64,000 bases of DNA from Patescibacteria group bacterium (GTDB taxonomy: Bacteria; Patescibacteriota; Microgenomatia; UBA1400; PJMF01). Positions 1-9,196 of this stretch are shown in pieces. Each line of letters opens with the position of its first letter. Positions within the stretch are counted from its first letter, which is position 1. The stretch covers positions 19,127 to 83,126 of the forward strand of contig JBGTEY010000003.1 of assembly GCA_041747555.1 (NCBI GenBank). The letters are read 5' to 3'. Below the pieces are notes generated by a model, which did not search any database, was not told the DNA's origin, and saw nothing but the letters and a program-made list of their open reading frames with translations. Both the position numbers and the translations under genes were made by a program.

Positions 1-263
1 GCGCGCTCGTAAATGAACCAGCGGTCATTTTTGCAGATGAACCAACAGGAAATCTTGATACCAAAAGCGGTAATGAAATTGAAGAACTTCTTAAAGAGCT
101 CCACGCCGATGGTACAACTATCATCATGGTTACGCACGAATCTGATGTGGCAGCGATTACCAAGAGATTGATTTTATTTAGGGATGGAAAAATTGTCGAT
201 GATCGGCCAATTTCGCCAGCATTGAAGAAAAAAATGAGCCAAAATTCCTATGAACCTGTTTAA
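1..263 (+). CDS. ABC transporter ATP-binding protein, C-terminal fragment (MacB/LolD-like), 5' end outside window
   Basis: Frame-3 translation ...ALVNEPAVIFADEPTGNLDTKSGNEIEELLKELHADGTTIIMVTHE... carries the ABC Walker-B/D-loop and H-loop region. The TAA stop at 261-263 overlaps the downstream permease ATG at 250. Confidence 0.8.
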   Translation, partial: ALVNEPAVIFADEPTGNLDTKSGNEIEELLKELHADGTTIIMVTHESDVAAITKRLILFRDGKIVDDRPISPALKKKMSQNSYEPV

Positions 264-1464
264 TACCTTTACTATCGCACTCAAGGCTATTAGCGTCAAC
301 AAATTGAGGTCATTTTTAACAACCCTCGGAGTAATTATTGGTGTTGGATCTGTGGTGCTTTTAACCGCAATTGGAAATGGTCTCTCTGCATACGTCACTG
401 AACAATTTGACGCACTTGGAGCAAACACCGTGTTGGTATTTCCTGGTGATCCGTTTGGCGAGGGCGGTGGATTTAATCGTGAAGAACAAATTAGTGCCAT
501 TACCTCTAGCAAATTATCGCTCCGCGAAGTCAGGGATATCAAAGCAATTCGCGAGTATGTGACTCGGGCAGTGCCATTTGTGCAAAAAGTCGACACCATG
601 AGTTTTCAAACAACTGAGCAACGAGTGACACTCATTGGCACAACCTATGACTACCCTCTTTCTCAAGGAAATGCCAAGCTTGCTAAAGGATCTTTTTTCA
701 CCAGCACCGACGATGAGTCTGGCAAACGAGTCATAGCAATTGGCCACGCGGTCGCAGAGGAACTATTTGGTGAAATAGATCCCGTGGGCAAAAGAGTCCG
801 GATTGGTACTCAAAATTTTACCGTCGTGGGAGTCATGGAAGAAGTTGGCGGCTCATTTGGCGGCCCTTCTTTTGATACCTATGCATTTATCCCCCTAGAA
901 ACTGCTTTCAAAATGTACGATATAGACTCACTCTTTGAAATTATTGTCAAAGTAAAAGATGCCAATCAAATTCCAGATGCGATTATTGCAATTGAAGACG
1001 TTCTAGGTGAGCGACTTGAAGAAGATGAATTTTCTGTGTTTGATCAATCTGACATTCTCAATACGATTAATGAAATTTTAGGAGTGCTCACCCTTGGCCT
1101 GGGTGGTATTGCCAGTATTTCTCTAGTCGTCGGCGGTATTGGCATTATGAATATCATGCTCGTCTCAGTAACCGAGCGCACCAGAGAAATCGGCCTCCGC
1201 AAAGCCCTCGGCGCTACACCCAACAGTATTTTGGCTCAGTTCCTGATTGAAGCCGCGATTTTGTCGCTCCTTGGAGGGATTATTGGAATTATCATTGCCT
1301 TCCTGGGAACCCTCGCCATTCAACCCTACTTCCCTGCCAAAGTCACAATGGACGCGGTGGTTCTCGCATTTGGCGTTTCAACTCTAGTTGGGCTTATTTT
1401 TGGCGCTGCGCCTGCACGTCGTGCGGCTCAATTATCCCCGATTGAAGCGCTCCGCTACGAGTAA
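250..1464 (+). CDS. ABC transporter permease, MacB/FtsX family (N-terminal TM, large periplasmic domain, C-terminal FtsX 4-TM bundle)
   Basis: 404 aa with one N-terminal TM and a ~230 aa extracytoplasmic domain. The C-terminal FtsX-like region LGGIASISLVVGGIGIMNIMLVSVTERTREIGLRKALGA is the conserved MacB motif. It overlaps the upstream ATPase gene. Confidence 0.85.
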   Translation: MNLFNTFTIALKAISVNKLRSFLTTLGVIIGVGSVVLLTAIGNGLSAYVTEQFDALGANTVLVFPGDPFGEGGGFNREEQISAITSSKLSLREVRDIKAIREYVTRAVPFVQKVDTMSFQTTEQRVTLIGTTYDYPLSQGNAKLAKGSFFTSTDDESGKRVIAIGHAVAEELFGEIDPVGKRVRIGTQNFTVVGVMEEVGGSFGGPSFDTYAFIPLETAFKMYDIDSLFEIIVKVKDANQIPDAIIAIEDVLGERLEEDEFSVFDQSDILNTINEILGVLTLGLGGIASISLVVGGIGIMNIMLVSVTERTREIGLRKALGATPNSILAQFLIEAAILSLLGGIIGIIIAFLGTLAIQPYFPAKVTMDAVVLAFGVSTLVGLIFGAAPARRAAQLSPIEALRYE

Positions 1465-1497
1465 CAATCGCCCCAATTCACGTGCTACACTAGATGC

Positions 1498-1839
1498 ATG
1501 TCGCCACTCAAAGTTATCACACTCGTCGCCGTTGTCACTGTTATTGGTGGTCTTGGTGCAACAATTTATGCAACCGATAAAGTCGTCCAACTTGCAGAAC
1601 CAATTCTAGAAAAAACCGGAGTCGTGGATCGTGAAAAAATTGAGACATTTGCAGAAGAAGCACAGAGTGAAATCCAAACCATCAGCTCGCGCGGACAGGA
1701 CGTAGCCAGCCATACTCAACAAGTTTTAGGCGCTTCAGTCGAAGTAAATGAAAATGATACATCAATCCAAAATCGAGCATTTGAGTATGGTCGGTATCTC
1801 TACTGTCAGCAGGTGGTTGAGGAGTATGAGGGGCGGTAG
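1498..1839 (+). CDS. hypothetical small membrane-anchored protein
   Basis: 113 aa with an N-terminal hydrophobic helix (VITLVAVVTVIGGLGATIYA). No recognisable motif. Confidence 0.4.
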   Translation: MSPLKVITLVAVVTVIGGLGATIYATDKVVQLAEPILEKTGVVDREKIETFAEEAQSEIQTISSRGQDVASHTQQVLGASVEVNENDTSIQNRAFEYGRYLYCQQVVEEYEGR

Positions 1840-3038
1840 TGTTTGGATTGTATATGTCGATCGAAACAAATTTGCAACCCACGAGTGAATCCGAAGCAAG
1901 AAAATTTACCAATATTCATTTTGAACCTGCCATACATCACGACACTGATCTACTTCAAAAAAATGCTATGGAGCAGCAAGTTGTGAGCAACTGGTATGAA
2001 GCAAGTGCTTGGCTTAATAAAGATGCGCTTCTTAGCCGAATGCAAGAATACCAACCAAAGTATTTGTTTGTAGATGGATTAACACCGAGGGGAATAATGG
2101 ATCAAGATAATGTAACTTTTGATCAAAAACTTATAAATCTATGGTATCGATTGCCTGGTCCACCTGAGTCATTCAGAAGTGACAGTCACGTATTTGTAAT
2201 TGCAGGAGATTTTTCCAGCAAATTGAATGACCAACAACTTAACACTCCTCATGACAAAGAGTTTCTAAATAGGCTCGCAACTGAAAGCACACGAGATAAT
2301 GCGCAGAGGCGGTTTAGCTCACTGGTCGAGTTCGGCATCGCAACTGGTGTAGGCTCAGCAATAGCGACTGCAATTCATAAAGCACTAGAAAATGCTTCAT
2401 ATCAAGAAGAAACTATTCCTAATTTCGTGGTTACAAGGAGAGCGTTTATCGGAGGTCTAATTGCAGCGACAGTAGCAATTTCGGGGATAGGTCGACTAGC
2501 TGGTGGCGCCATACACACTGAAGCAAATGCAGCCAATTCTAATGCCGTTTGGAAAAGAAATTTATGGCTACGATTTCATCAACAAGTAGAAGCTATTATT
2601 TTTACTAGAGTGGAGGTAAATGCTCGCACAGCAACATCTTTTCTCAAATTAAAAGATGCTATGATAAGAAAAAATGAGCCAGAAGACACTCCCGCATGTA
2701 GTGTAATGGGTACCGCGCACAGTGACGAATCACTGGAATCTTTAGAAAGTGAAGAGCATAGTAAAAAATTGATCTTCAGATATCTAAAGGATGCTAAAAA
2801 AATTCTTGATACTTTAAAAAAAGAGTTTCCACAGTTTGATGATCTCTCCGCAATGAGAACCTTATGTTCAATAATTGCGGATACAGAAGTGTATGGTGTA
2901 AATAATCCCACGATTGAAGATAGACGACTTGGATGGCAAATATTACTCGAATATATTGAAGTAACCGATCGGTTTCTCAGTCCATCTGTAGTAGCGATTA
3001 CTGAGGAATTTATTGAGGAAATGTACCATATTAATTAA
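1839..3038 (+). CDS. hypothetical protein
   Basis: 399-aa ORF with no signal peptide and no recognisable motif. Its start overlaps the stop of the preceding ORF. Confidence 0.4.
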   Translation: MFGLYMSIETNLQPTSESEARKFTNIHFEPAIHHDTDLLQKNAMEQQVVSNWYEASAWLNKDALLSRMQEYQPKYLFVDGLTPRGIMDQDNVTFDQKLINLWYRLPGPPESFRSDSHVFVIAGDFSSKLNDQQLNTPHDKEFLNRLATESTRDNAQRRFSSLVEFGIATGVGSAIATAIHKALENASYQEETIPNFVVTRRAFIGGLIAATVAISGIGRLAGGAIHTEANAANSNAVWKRNLWLRFHQQVEAIIFTRVEVNARTATSFLKLKDAMIRKNEPEDTPACSVMGTAHSDESLESLESEEHSKKLIFRYLKDAKKILDTLKKEFPQFDDLSAMRTLCSIIADTEVYGVNNPTIEDRRLGWQILLEYIEVTDRFLSPSVVAITEEFIEEMYHIN

Positions 3039-3096
3039 GTACTTTTTAGAAAGCACGACATACCGGTATTAATATGCACAAGAACTTACATGGTTT

Positions 3097-3990
3097 ATGA
3101 CAAACACATATGATTCCCAGCTTCAATCCAATGATTTAACTGAGGCCGACAGCAAGCAGACATCGGAACCAGCTAGAGCGACTTCTCATGAATCCCCTGC
3201 TGAAAAAATCTTCTTACTCCCCGACGAAGCAGAAAAAATCATATTTACCGAAGATACGGCCGTTGAAAAACCCCCACTCTTAGAAAACGTTCCCCACTTT
3301 CAATTAGAAAGTGTCATTGCTGCCCTACCGCTTCTCAACAAACACGCAGAATTCTCTGATGAAAACTATTTCTCATTCTTGGCAAATGGCAACTGGGCTA
3401 TGATCATCAAGACTAAATTTCAAGGAAAAGATGTTGTCATGAAGCTTTTCTACGGTAGTGGACTCAATCCCGAAGATGCAACAAAACTAACAGAAGGAAT
3501 TGGCATGACAGATGAGACTGTCGCCAATACCCAAAACCTCACAGCCAGAAATCGATCTACACAATGGCATCAAGATGCTCTTAAAAGCATCGGAGGATTT
3601 TGGCGTAAATTTCAGCATTCACTAGACTCAGCTGAAGACGCCAGAATCGCGCAAGAAAAAATTGCCGAATCGATCCAAATGGAAGCAGGTGCCCTCAAGC
3701 GAGCAAATGCTCTCAAAAACAACTGGGTCCCTCCGGTGAGAGCTATGTTGACATACCAAGGGAGACCGTGCGGGTATATCATGCCCCAAATCAAAGGTAC
3801 ATTTGCCAGTGTTGCTCAGATTGAGGAGAAATTTCCACATGCAGCACAGGCTAAAGCTGAACTAGAACAAGCAGGAATCTTAATCGATTATTCCGATAAT
3901 CACAATGCAGCAATTTTGGAACAGCACAATACTCCTGTTTTTTTTGATATGTCTCTTAGAGATCCATCTGAATTACAGATGAAAAATTAG
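3097..3990 (+). CDS. hypothetical protein
   Basis: 297-aa ORF with no signal peptide. It is convergent with the VirD4-like gene. Confidence 0.4.
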   Translation: MTNTYDSQLQSNDLTEADSKQTSEPARATSHESPAEKIFLLPDEAEKIIFTEDTAVEKPPLLENVPHFQLESVIAALPLLNKHAEFSDENYFSFLANGNWAMIIKTKFQGKDVVMKLFYGSGLNPEDATKLTEGIGMTDETVANTQNLTARNRSTQWHQDALKSIGGFWRKFQHSLDSAEDARIAQEKIAESIQMEAGALKRANALKNNWVPPVRAMLTYQGRPCGYIMPQIKGTFASVAQIEEKFPHAAQAKAELEQAGILIDYSDNHNAAILEQHNTPVFFDMSLRDPSELQMKN

Positions 3991-6327
3991 CTACAAATTA
4001 CTTCGCGATTGTATCTCCGCCTCAACAACCTCTCTATCCTTACCATACTTAAGTCGCGACAGCTGCTTAATCATCTCGGCTTGCTTAGGATTCATCCGCG
4101 CCTCAACTGCGTCCATGTCTTTTTGAAGTGACATACTAAATGGTGGCACCGGCTCATTTTTGACAATCGTCTTGATATACACATGATATTTTTCAATATT
4201 AGTCAAATCTTGATCACTAAACACCGGCGCGAACTCATGCTGCAAAAATCCCGCGTCAGGCACACCAACTCTAAAACAAATCACGGTACCGACGTTACCA
4301 AACACTGCATTTTTAATTTCTTCATCAATCTGGCCAATAAACTGATTAGCCACGATCAAACTGAGACGATATTTACGAGCCTCTGACAAAATCACCGCAA
4401 AATCTTCGGTTGCATAGTTCTGGAACTCGTCGACGTAGAGATAAAAATCTTTACGCTCATGCATACCGATATCTTGTCGACTCATGGCAGCAGTCAAGAC
4501 TTTAGGCACCAAGATCAGCCCCAGAAATTTTGCATCTTCTTCTCCCAGAATACCTTTAGAGAGGTTGCAAAGCACAACTTTTTGCTCATCCATGGCTTTT
4601 CTGAAATTAAAGGCACTGTACGGCTGACCAATAATGTTTCTCATGGTTTTATTGGTCACAAATCGACCAAATTTAGACACGATATAGTCAAGAACTTCTG
4701 ATTTGTGAAAGTCGGACGTCTGAGCAATTTGATCCGTCCAGTATCGTCTAACCACAGGATCTTTAACGAGCGGTAATAGCTCATCAATAAACTTGGTATC
4801 GGTCATAGCACGGACCAACTCAATAAACGTAGACCCTTTTCGATACATAATCGTCAACATAGCATTGCGAATCGCATGTTCAAACCGCGGACCGATAATA
4901 CCGGTACGGTGCGGGTCGTAGAGCTTATACATCAGGGAAATCACCGATCCGACCACAAAATGACGCTGCTCTTCTGTGTCAGCTTCCATCATGTTCATTC
5001 CCATCGGGCGCAAGAGGTCAGATGGATTAAAGTAAATTACGTCCTCTGCGCGCTCGGGCGGCATAAGTTGCAAAATATCTTCGACAAACTCTCCATGTGG
5101 GTCAACAGCACAGACTCCCTTGCCAGCTTCGATATCCTGCAAGAGCATTTCTTTGAGAAACTCTGATTTACCAGTACCGGTTTTTCCAATAATGTACATA
5201 TGGCGTCGGCGATCGTCTTCACCCAGATAGACTTCGCGAACTTCTCCTCTGTATACTGATTTACCCAAGTACAGGCCGTCTGTGGCAATACTTCTGGGTG
5301 CTGGCGCGTGCTTGGCATTGAGCCATTGGATGTGGTGCGTCTCGATAGTTTTATTGGGTAAGTGAAAAATTGTCGCCATTTCCTCTGTATTCAAAATCAT
5401 GGTATTTCTATTGAACAGCGGCATGTAACGATAAATAAAATCAATCATAAAAAGGTGTTTGAGGAATGTAGTCCCTTTTTGAAATGAGTTATATGCAGAA
5501 GTAAACTGGCCAAAACCACCGATAATATTATTGAGGTGCGAATCTGCAGTTTGATCATCAGTTGCTGATACCACGACTCTAATAGATACCCTAAATCCAG
5601 ACTTTTCTACCTTGTTAGTGATGTACTCCATTTCTTTTGGATCATGCTTGTATGTGGCCTTTTCTGGATCTGCTTCGCGCTGCTTCTCATTTTGCATGTA
5701 TTTTCTACCACGCTCTTGCCATTTTTTGCTTTCTGGTCTGATCAGAATTTGAATGATTCCGCCTTCTCCATAACTCATTTTGGCCATTGCTGAGGTGATA
5801 AGAGATAGTCCATCGGTCGGTAGATCTTTGAATGGTTTGATTGGCAAATGATTTGAGCTATCAAGCGTGAGTGCAGCAAGTGCAACCCTACCTTTTTCAT
5901 TGAAAATATTTATTTCTTCGACCTCTCTAATGTCTGCTTGTGGGTATGCGCCATGAATTTGTTTCTCTACAAAATCACGCACAGACTTAGAGCAACTCAC
6001 ATAAAATGCGATACTTTCTTTAAGAGCTACGATCTCAAATGAAATAACATCCTCTGTCTTCAAAAATGATCCAATACCTTGATTCTTCAATGCATATAAC
6101 CCCGCAAACATTTGCTCTGCGGCGTCAATTTTGGTCTCATTATCCTTTGGAACCTTAATCAACAGCGTTACAAAATTGAGTGCATACTCTTCGCGTTTTC
6201 TATGTTTGAACCATTGAAAGATCATGTACGCAAACACCCCCAAAATTCCCCAAACCAACACCACGGCAAACAAAGTTAGGACAACCGCGATTAGTTGAGA
6301 AAGTAGTAGTTGTGGATCAAGTTCCAT
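3991..6327 (-). CDS. Type IV secretion coupling protein, VirD4/TraG/TcpA-like ATPase
   Basis: 778 aa with two N-terminal TM helices. Walker A is IIGKTGTGKSEF, followed by AVDPHGEF (DPxGE, typical of T4 coupling proteins). Walker B is YLYVDEFQNY, and ARKYRLSLIVANQ resembles the TraG/VirD4 C-motif. Confidence 0.7.
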   Translation of the reverse strand: MELDPQLLLSQLIAVVLTLFAVVLVWGILGVFAYMIFQWFKHRKREEYALNFVTLLIKVPKDNETKIDAAEQMFAGLYALKNQGIGSFLKTEDVISFEIVALKESIAFYVSCSKSVRDFVEKQIHGAYPQADIREVEEINIFNEKGRVALAALTLDSSNHLPIKPFKDLPTDGLSLITSAMAKMSYGEGGIIQILIRPESKKWQERGRKYMQNEKQREADPEKATYKHDPKEMEYITNKVEKSGFRVSIRVVVSATDDQTADSHLNNIIGGFGQFTSAYNSFQKGTTFLKHLFMIDFIYRYMPLFNRNTMILNTEEMATIFHLPNKTIETHHIQWLNAKHAPAPRSIATDGLYLGKSVYRGEVREVYLGEDDRRRHMYIIGKTGTGKSEFLKEMLLQDIEAGKGVCAVDPHGEFVEDILQLMPPERAEDVIYFNPSDLLRPMGMNMMEADTEEQRHFVVGSVISLMYKLYDPHRTGIIGPRFEHAIRNAMLTIMYRKGSTFIELVRAMTDTKFIDELLPLVKDPVVRRYWTDQIAQTSDFHKSEVLDYIVSKFGRFVTNKTMRNIIGQPYSAFNFRKAMDEQKVVLCNLSKGILGEEDAKFLGLILVPKVLTAAMSRQDIGMHERKDFYLYVDEFQNYATEDFAVILSEARKYRLSLIVANQFIGQIDEEIKNAVFGNVGTVICFRVGVPDAGFLQHEFAPVFSDQDLTNIEKYHVYIKTIVKNEPVPPFSMSLQKDMDAVEARMNPKQAEMIKQLSRLKYGKDREVVEAEIQSRSNL

Positions 6328-6371
6328 AGTTGTGTTATACGCGCTTTGAGGGTGGTCAGACTAGGGCTAAC

Positions 6372-7226
6372 TTATGACTCAGAAGGCGCTTCTCTGTAAA
6401 TTACTTTTCCTGCAAACATTTTAATCACCTTGTGGCTCCATTCGACAAGCCAGCGAATACTATACTTGGGATTCTTTTTTTCTCCTTCTTTCTCAATTTC
6501 TTCAGTGATTGGAAGGACAAAGACTGGTTTTTTTGGTAAATGCTTGGTCGATTGCGGCTGCGAACCATCTGCAATTACAATTTCTTGCGGTGTTTGATTG
6601 GCGTGATCCTCTGCATGTTGCAAAAAGCTCTCGACCTCTACAGGGATTTCTGGATTTTTTTCTTGCTCAACATACTGAACACCCGCTCCTGAATCTGGCG
6701 ATACAATGTCTGGACTTGATGTTGACTCAACTTTTTCTTTCGCGAAGCCGAATGCGTTCGGAGGATTGAGTGTATCTGAAACTGGCTGTTGTGGTTGAGG
6801 ATCGGGTTGTTGCACCTCATCTTGAGGTAATTGCGCTGGCTGTTGCGCTGGTTGTGGTGCAGATTGTGGCTGTGGCTGTAGTGGCTGTGGTTGTGGTTGC
6901 ACCAGATCTGCGGCAGGTGTGGCGGATGGTTGAGGTGACACGTCAGCTATGGGTGTCGCACTCAACTCAGACACGATTGCATCGATAATTTCAAGTCGAG
7001 TACTTGAATCAATTTCTGGTTCAACTTGCGGCGTAGATAGTGGTTGAGCCTGTGGTTCTAATGGTACTGTAGGCTGCTGAACTAAATCAACTGGTGGCGA
7101 TTGATTTTGATCATCTGACTGAGCTGTTGACTGCATACTCGAGGAAACTGCACTCATAGTTCCACCAGTTGCGAACGCATTTCGGACCAGCTTGGAAAAC
7201 GGATTAGTTGATTGGGCAGCTGACAT
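6372..7226 (-). CDS. Pro/Gln-rich low-complexity protein (hypothetical)
   Basis: 284 aa with long PQ/QP repeats (QPQPQPLQPQPQSAPQPAQQPAQ). The underlying DNA has ggctgtgg/ggttgtgg degenerate repeats. The structured C-terminal ~70 aa is lysine-rich. Confidence 0.45.
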   Translation of the reverse strand: MSAAQSTNPFSKLVRNAFATGGTMSAVSSSMQSTAQSDDQNQSPPVDLVQQPTVPLEPQAQPLSTPQVEPEIDSSTRLEIIDAIVSELSATPIADVSPQPSATPAADLVQPQPQPLQPQPQSAPQPAQQPAQLPQDEVQQPDPQPQQPVSDTLNPPNAFGFAKEKVESTSSPDIVSPDSGAGVQYVEQEKNPEIPVEVESFLQHAEDHANQTPQEIVIADGSQPQSTKHLPKKPVFVLPITEEIEKEGEKKNPKYSIRWLVEWSHKVIKMFAGKVIYREAPSES

Positions 7227-7231
7227 AGGTT

Positions 7232-7786
7232 CTATTGTACTGCAAGTAGGCGCACCTCGTCACCAACGGTAATTTGGTATTGATCTGCCGCACCGGCGGC
7301 AACTTCTAAGACGGTGTCTGCGGGACTAGGTGAAGTGTAGTTCGGTAACTCTGAAAGTGGTGTGGATGGGTCTGGGTGAGGCACATTTTTAGTAATTCCG
7401 ACAACAGTTGTCCCATCAATCCAGATTATATCAATATCAAACTTCATCTCCCTCATCCAAAATGACTGGATCGCTCGCTGTGGCATCATAAAAAGCAGTC
7501 CGTCACTTCCGATACTGTCGCGACCGCTCAATCCTTGGGTTAATCTTGCTTCGGTATGAATAACTTCTACATCAAGCTGACTCTGTCCAACTTGAATCTG
7601 GGTACGATCTCCATCACTCATGACTCGCAAGGCTTGCTCTGTCTGGGTTCGCTGTGCATTATTTGCTCCAGGAATTACCACGGGCTCAGGAACCGAATTA
7701 TTTTGAACAAACATATACCCTCCATATGCCACACCTACTAGCAATGCGATTCCGAGAAAAAGTATAACTTGGGATTTCATGCGCAC
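7232..7786 (-). CDS. DUF192 (COG1430)-like secreted protein
   Basis: N-terminal signal/TM. The motif MPQRAIQSFWMREMKFDIDIIWIDG matches the conserved DUF192 core. Confidence 0.55.
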   Translation of the reverse strand: MRMKSQVILFLGIALLVGVAYGGYMFVQNNSVPEPVVIPGANNAQRTQTEQALRVMSDGDRTQIQVGQSQLDVEVIHTEARLTQGLSGRDSIGSDGLLFMMPQRAIQSFWMREMKFDIDIIWIDGTTVVGITKNVPHPDPSTPLSELPNYTSPSPADTVLEVAAGAADQYQITVGDEVRLLAVQ

Positions 7787-8550
7787 CTTTTTTTTCTGTA
7801 TAAAAGTACTGCCCCTAGAACTGCAATGAAAAGCAATAACATTATTTGATTTAGACCCAAGTTAACATCTGCGTACAGCTCCTTGTCTGCTCTCAAAAAA
7901 TCGAGAAAAAAGCGGATAGTTGCATAATAAAATGCATATCCAACCGCAAACACTCCATTACCTCTGCGCACTCTTCCAGAGCGCTGCAAAAAGAGAATTA
8001 CCAACGCAAATACCCCCAATAATGCAATTTCATACAGAAAAAGTGGGTGAAAGTAAGAAAAAAACTGAAACCGCTCTAAACGATTTTCTGGGGCTATGTA
8101 TAGTTTCCAGGGAAGATCTGTTGGCAAGCCGTACAATTCTTGGTTAAACGCGTTACCCAACCGCCCCACCATTTGGCCTACAGGTGCGCCAAAAGCAATC
8201 AAGTCCGCAAAGTGAACTAGTGAAATGTGTTGTTTTGTTTTTTGCCATCGGTGCATTCCGTATAAAACCATCGCACCTCCTGCAAACGCTCCAAGAATAC
8301 TCAGTCCACCATTCCAAATCGCAAATGCGTTCAGTGGCTGGTCTAGATATAAGTGCCAATCTGTCCACACGTGCCAAATTCTCGCACCAATAATCGCTCC
8401 CAAAAACATGCCTGTCGTCATTTTCACAATTTCAGATTCGCTAAGACCGTCTTCTTTACCCTCGCGCTCAATAATAAGATACGCAACGAGCGACCCCAAT
8501 CCGATCAAAAAACCATATACATGAAGAGTAAGACCAAAAATTGTTATCAT
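7777..8550 (-). CDS. lgt: Prolipoprotein diacylglyceryl transferase
   Basis: Lgt signatures are present: ITIFGLTLHVYG, YGLPTDLPW and HPLFLYE. The ORF track extends to 8610, but the Lgt-like N-terminus begins at Met21 (coordinate 8550). That start shares one nucleotide with the upstream stop (TAATG), giving translational coupling. Confidence 0.85.
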   Translation of the reverse strand: MITIFGLTLHVYGFLIGLGSLVAYLIIEREGKEDGLSESEIVKMTTGMFLGAIIGARIWHVWTDWHLYLDQPLNAFAIWNGGLSILGAFAGGAMVLYGMHRWQKTKQHISLVHFADLIAFGAPVGQMVGRLGNAFNQELYGLPTDLPWKLYIAPENRLERFQFFSYFHPLFLYEIALLGVFALVILFLQRSGRVRRGNGVFAVGYAFYYATIRFFLDFLRADKELYADVNLGLNQIMLLLFIAVLGAVLLYRKKRCA

Positions 8551-9182
8551 TACCAGACTACCAGCACCCCAAACAAGACTGTCCAGGTTACAACGCCAAC
8601 CATAAACCAAAGCATTTCATTGGCTTGTGGCGCCTTCTTTAATTGATATAAAAAACGATCACGAATTAGTTGCGGTGAGTGATAGAACGAAACTAATTCT
8701 GATGAATAGGATACTAGTATTCCTAAATACAATCCTATACCGAGCACGCTCCCTGTTGAGGTAAGTAAAAAGATACCCAGCGGTACCAGGCTCAGAACAA
8801 ATAGTAGTGAACGCGTTATAAGATGTGATGGATGTACATGCTCAGGTTCTGCGGTAGTTGAATGCTCGGCTGAAGGCACCTGTGCCTGGAACGCTTCTGA
8901 TGCATCTGCGTTGACATTCTCAGGCATGATTTGTGTAGACTCACCTCCACTGTTTGCAGATCCCAAACCCGGAACTCGATTAATCTTGGAATAATGCTTA
9001 TACAACTCTGTTGCATCCAGTAAAAAAAGTGCGAGCCCAAGATACATGCCCGCCAATAGTAAAACTGCTTCAAAAATACGCGCATTATTAGCATCAAGCC
9101 GAAGCAGATAGTAGAGCGCTGCAACAAAGATTGGTACGAGCAATGAGACAATAAACCCTGGATTTTTCTGTGAAGCTTCCAT
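8550..9182 (-). CDS. hypothetical polytopic membrane protein, translationally coupled to lgt
   Basis: 210 aa with 4-5 predicted TM helices. The stop overlaps the lgt start. Confidence 0.4.
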   Translation of the reverse strand: MEASQKNPGFIVSLLVPIFVAALYYLLRLDANNARIFEAVLLLAGMYLGLALFLLDATELYKHYSKINRVPGLGSANSGGESTQIMPENVNADASEAFQAQVPSAEHSTTAEPEHVHPSHLITRSLLFVLSLVPLGIFLLTSTGSVLGIGLYLGILVSYSSELVSFYHSPQLIRDRFLYQLKKAPQANEMLWFMVGVVTWTVLFGVLVVW

Positions 9183-9196
9183 AATACTCCATTTCT

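Noticed and set aside
174-747. Antisense/overlapping ORFs (174-599 -, 371-562 +, 514-747 -) within the ABC permease gene
   Set aside because: They lie entirely inside a well-supported FtsX/MacB permease CDS, have no motifs and unusual composition. They are typical spurious shadow ORFs. The same applies to the many 60-130 aa ORFs nested in other long genes.
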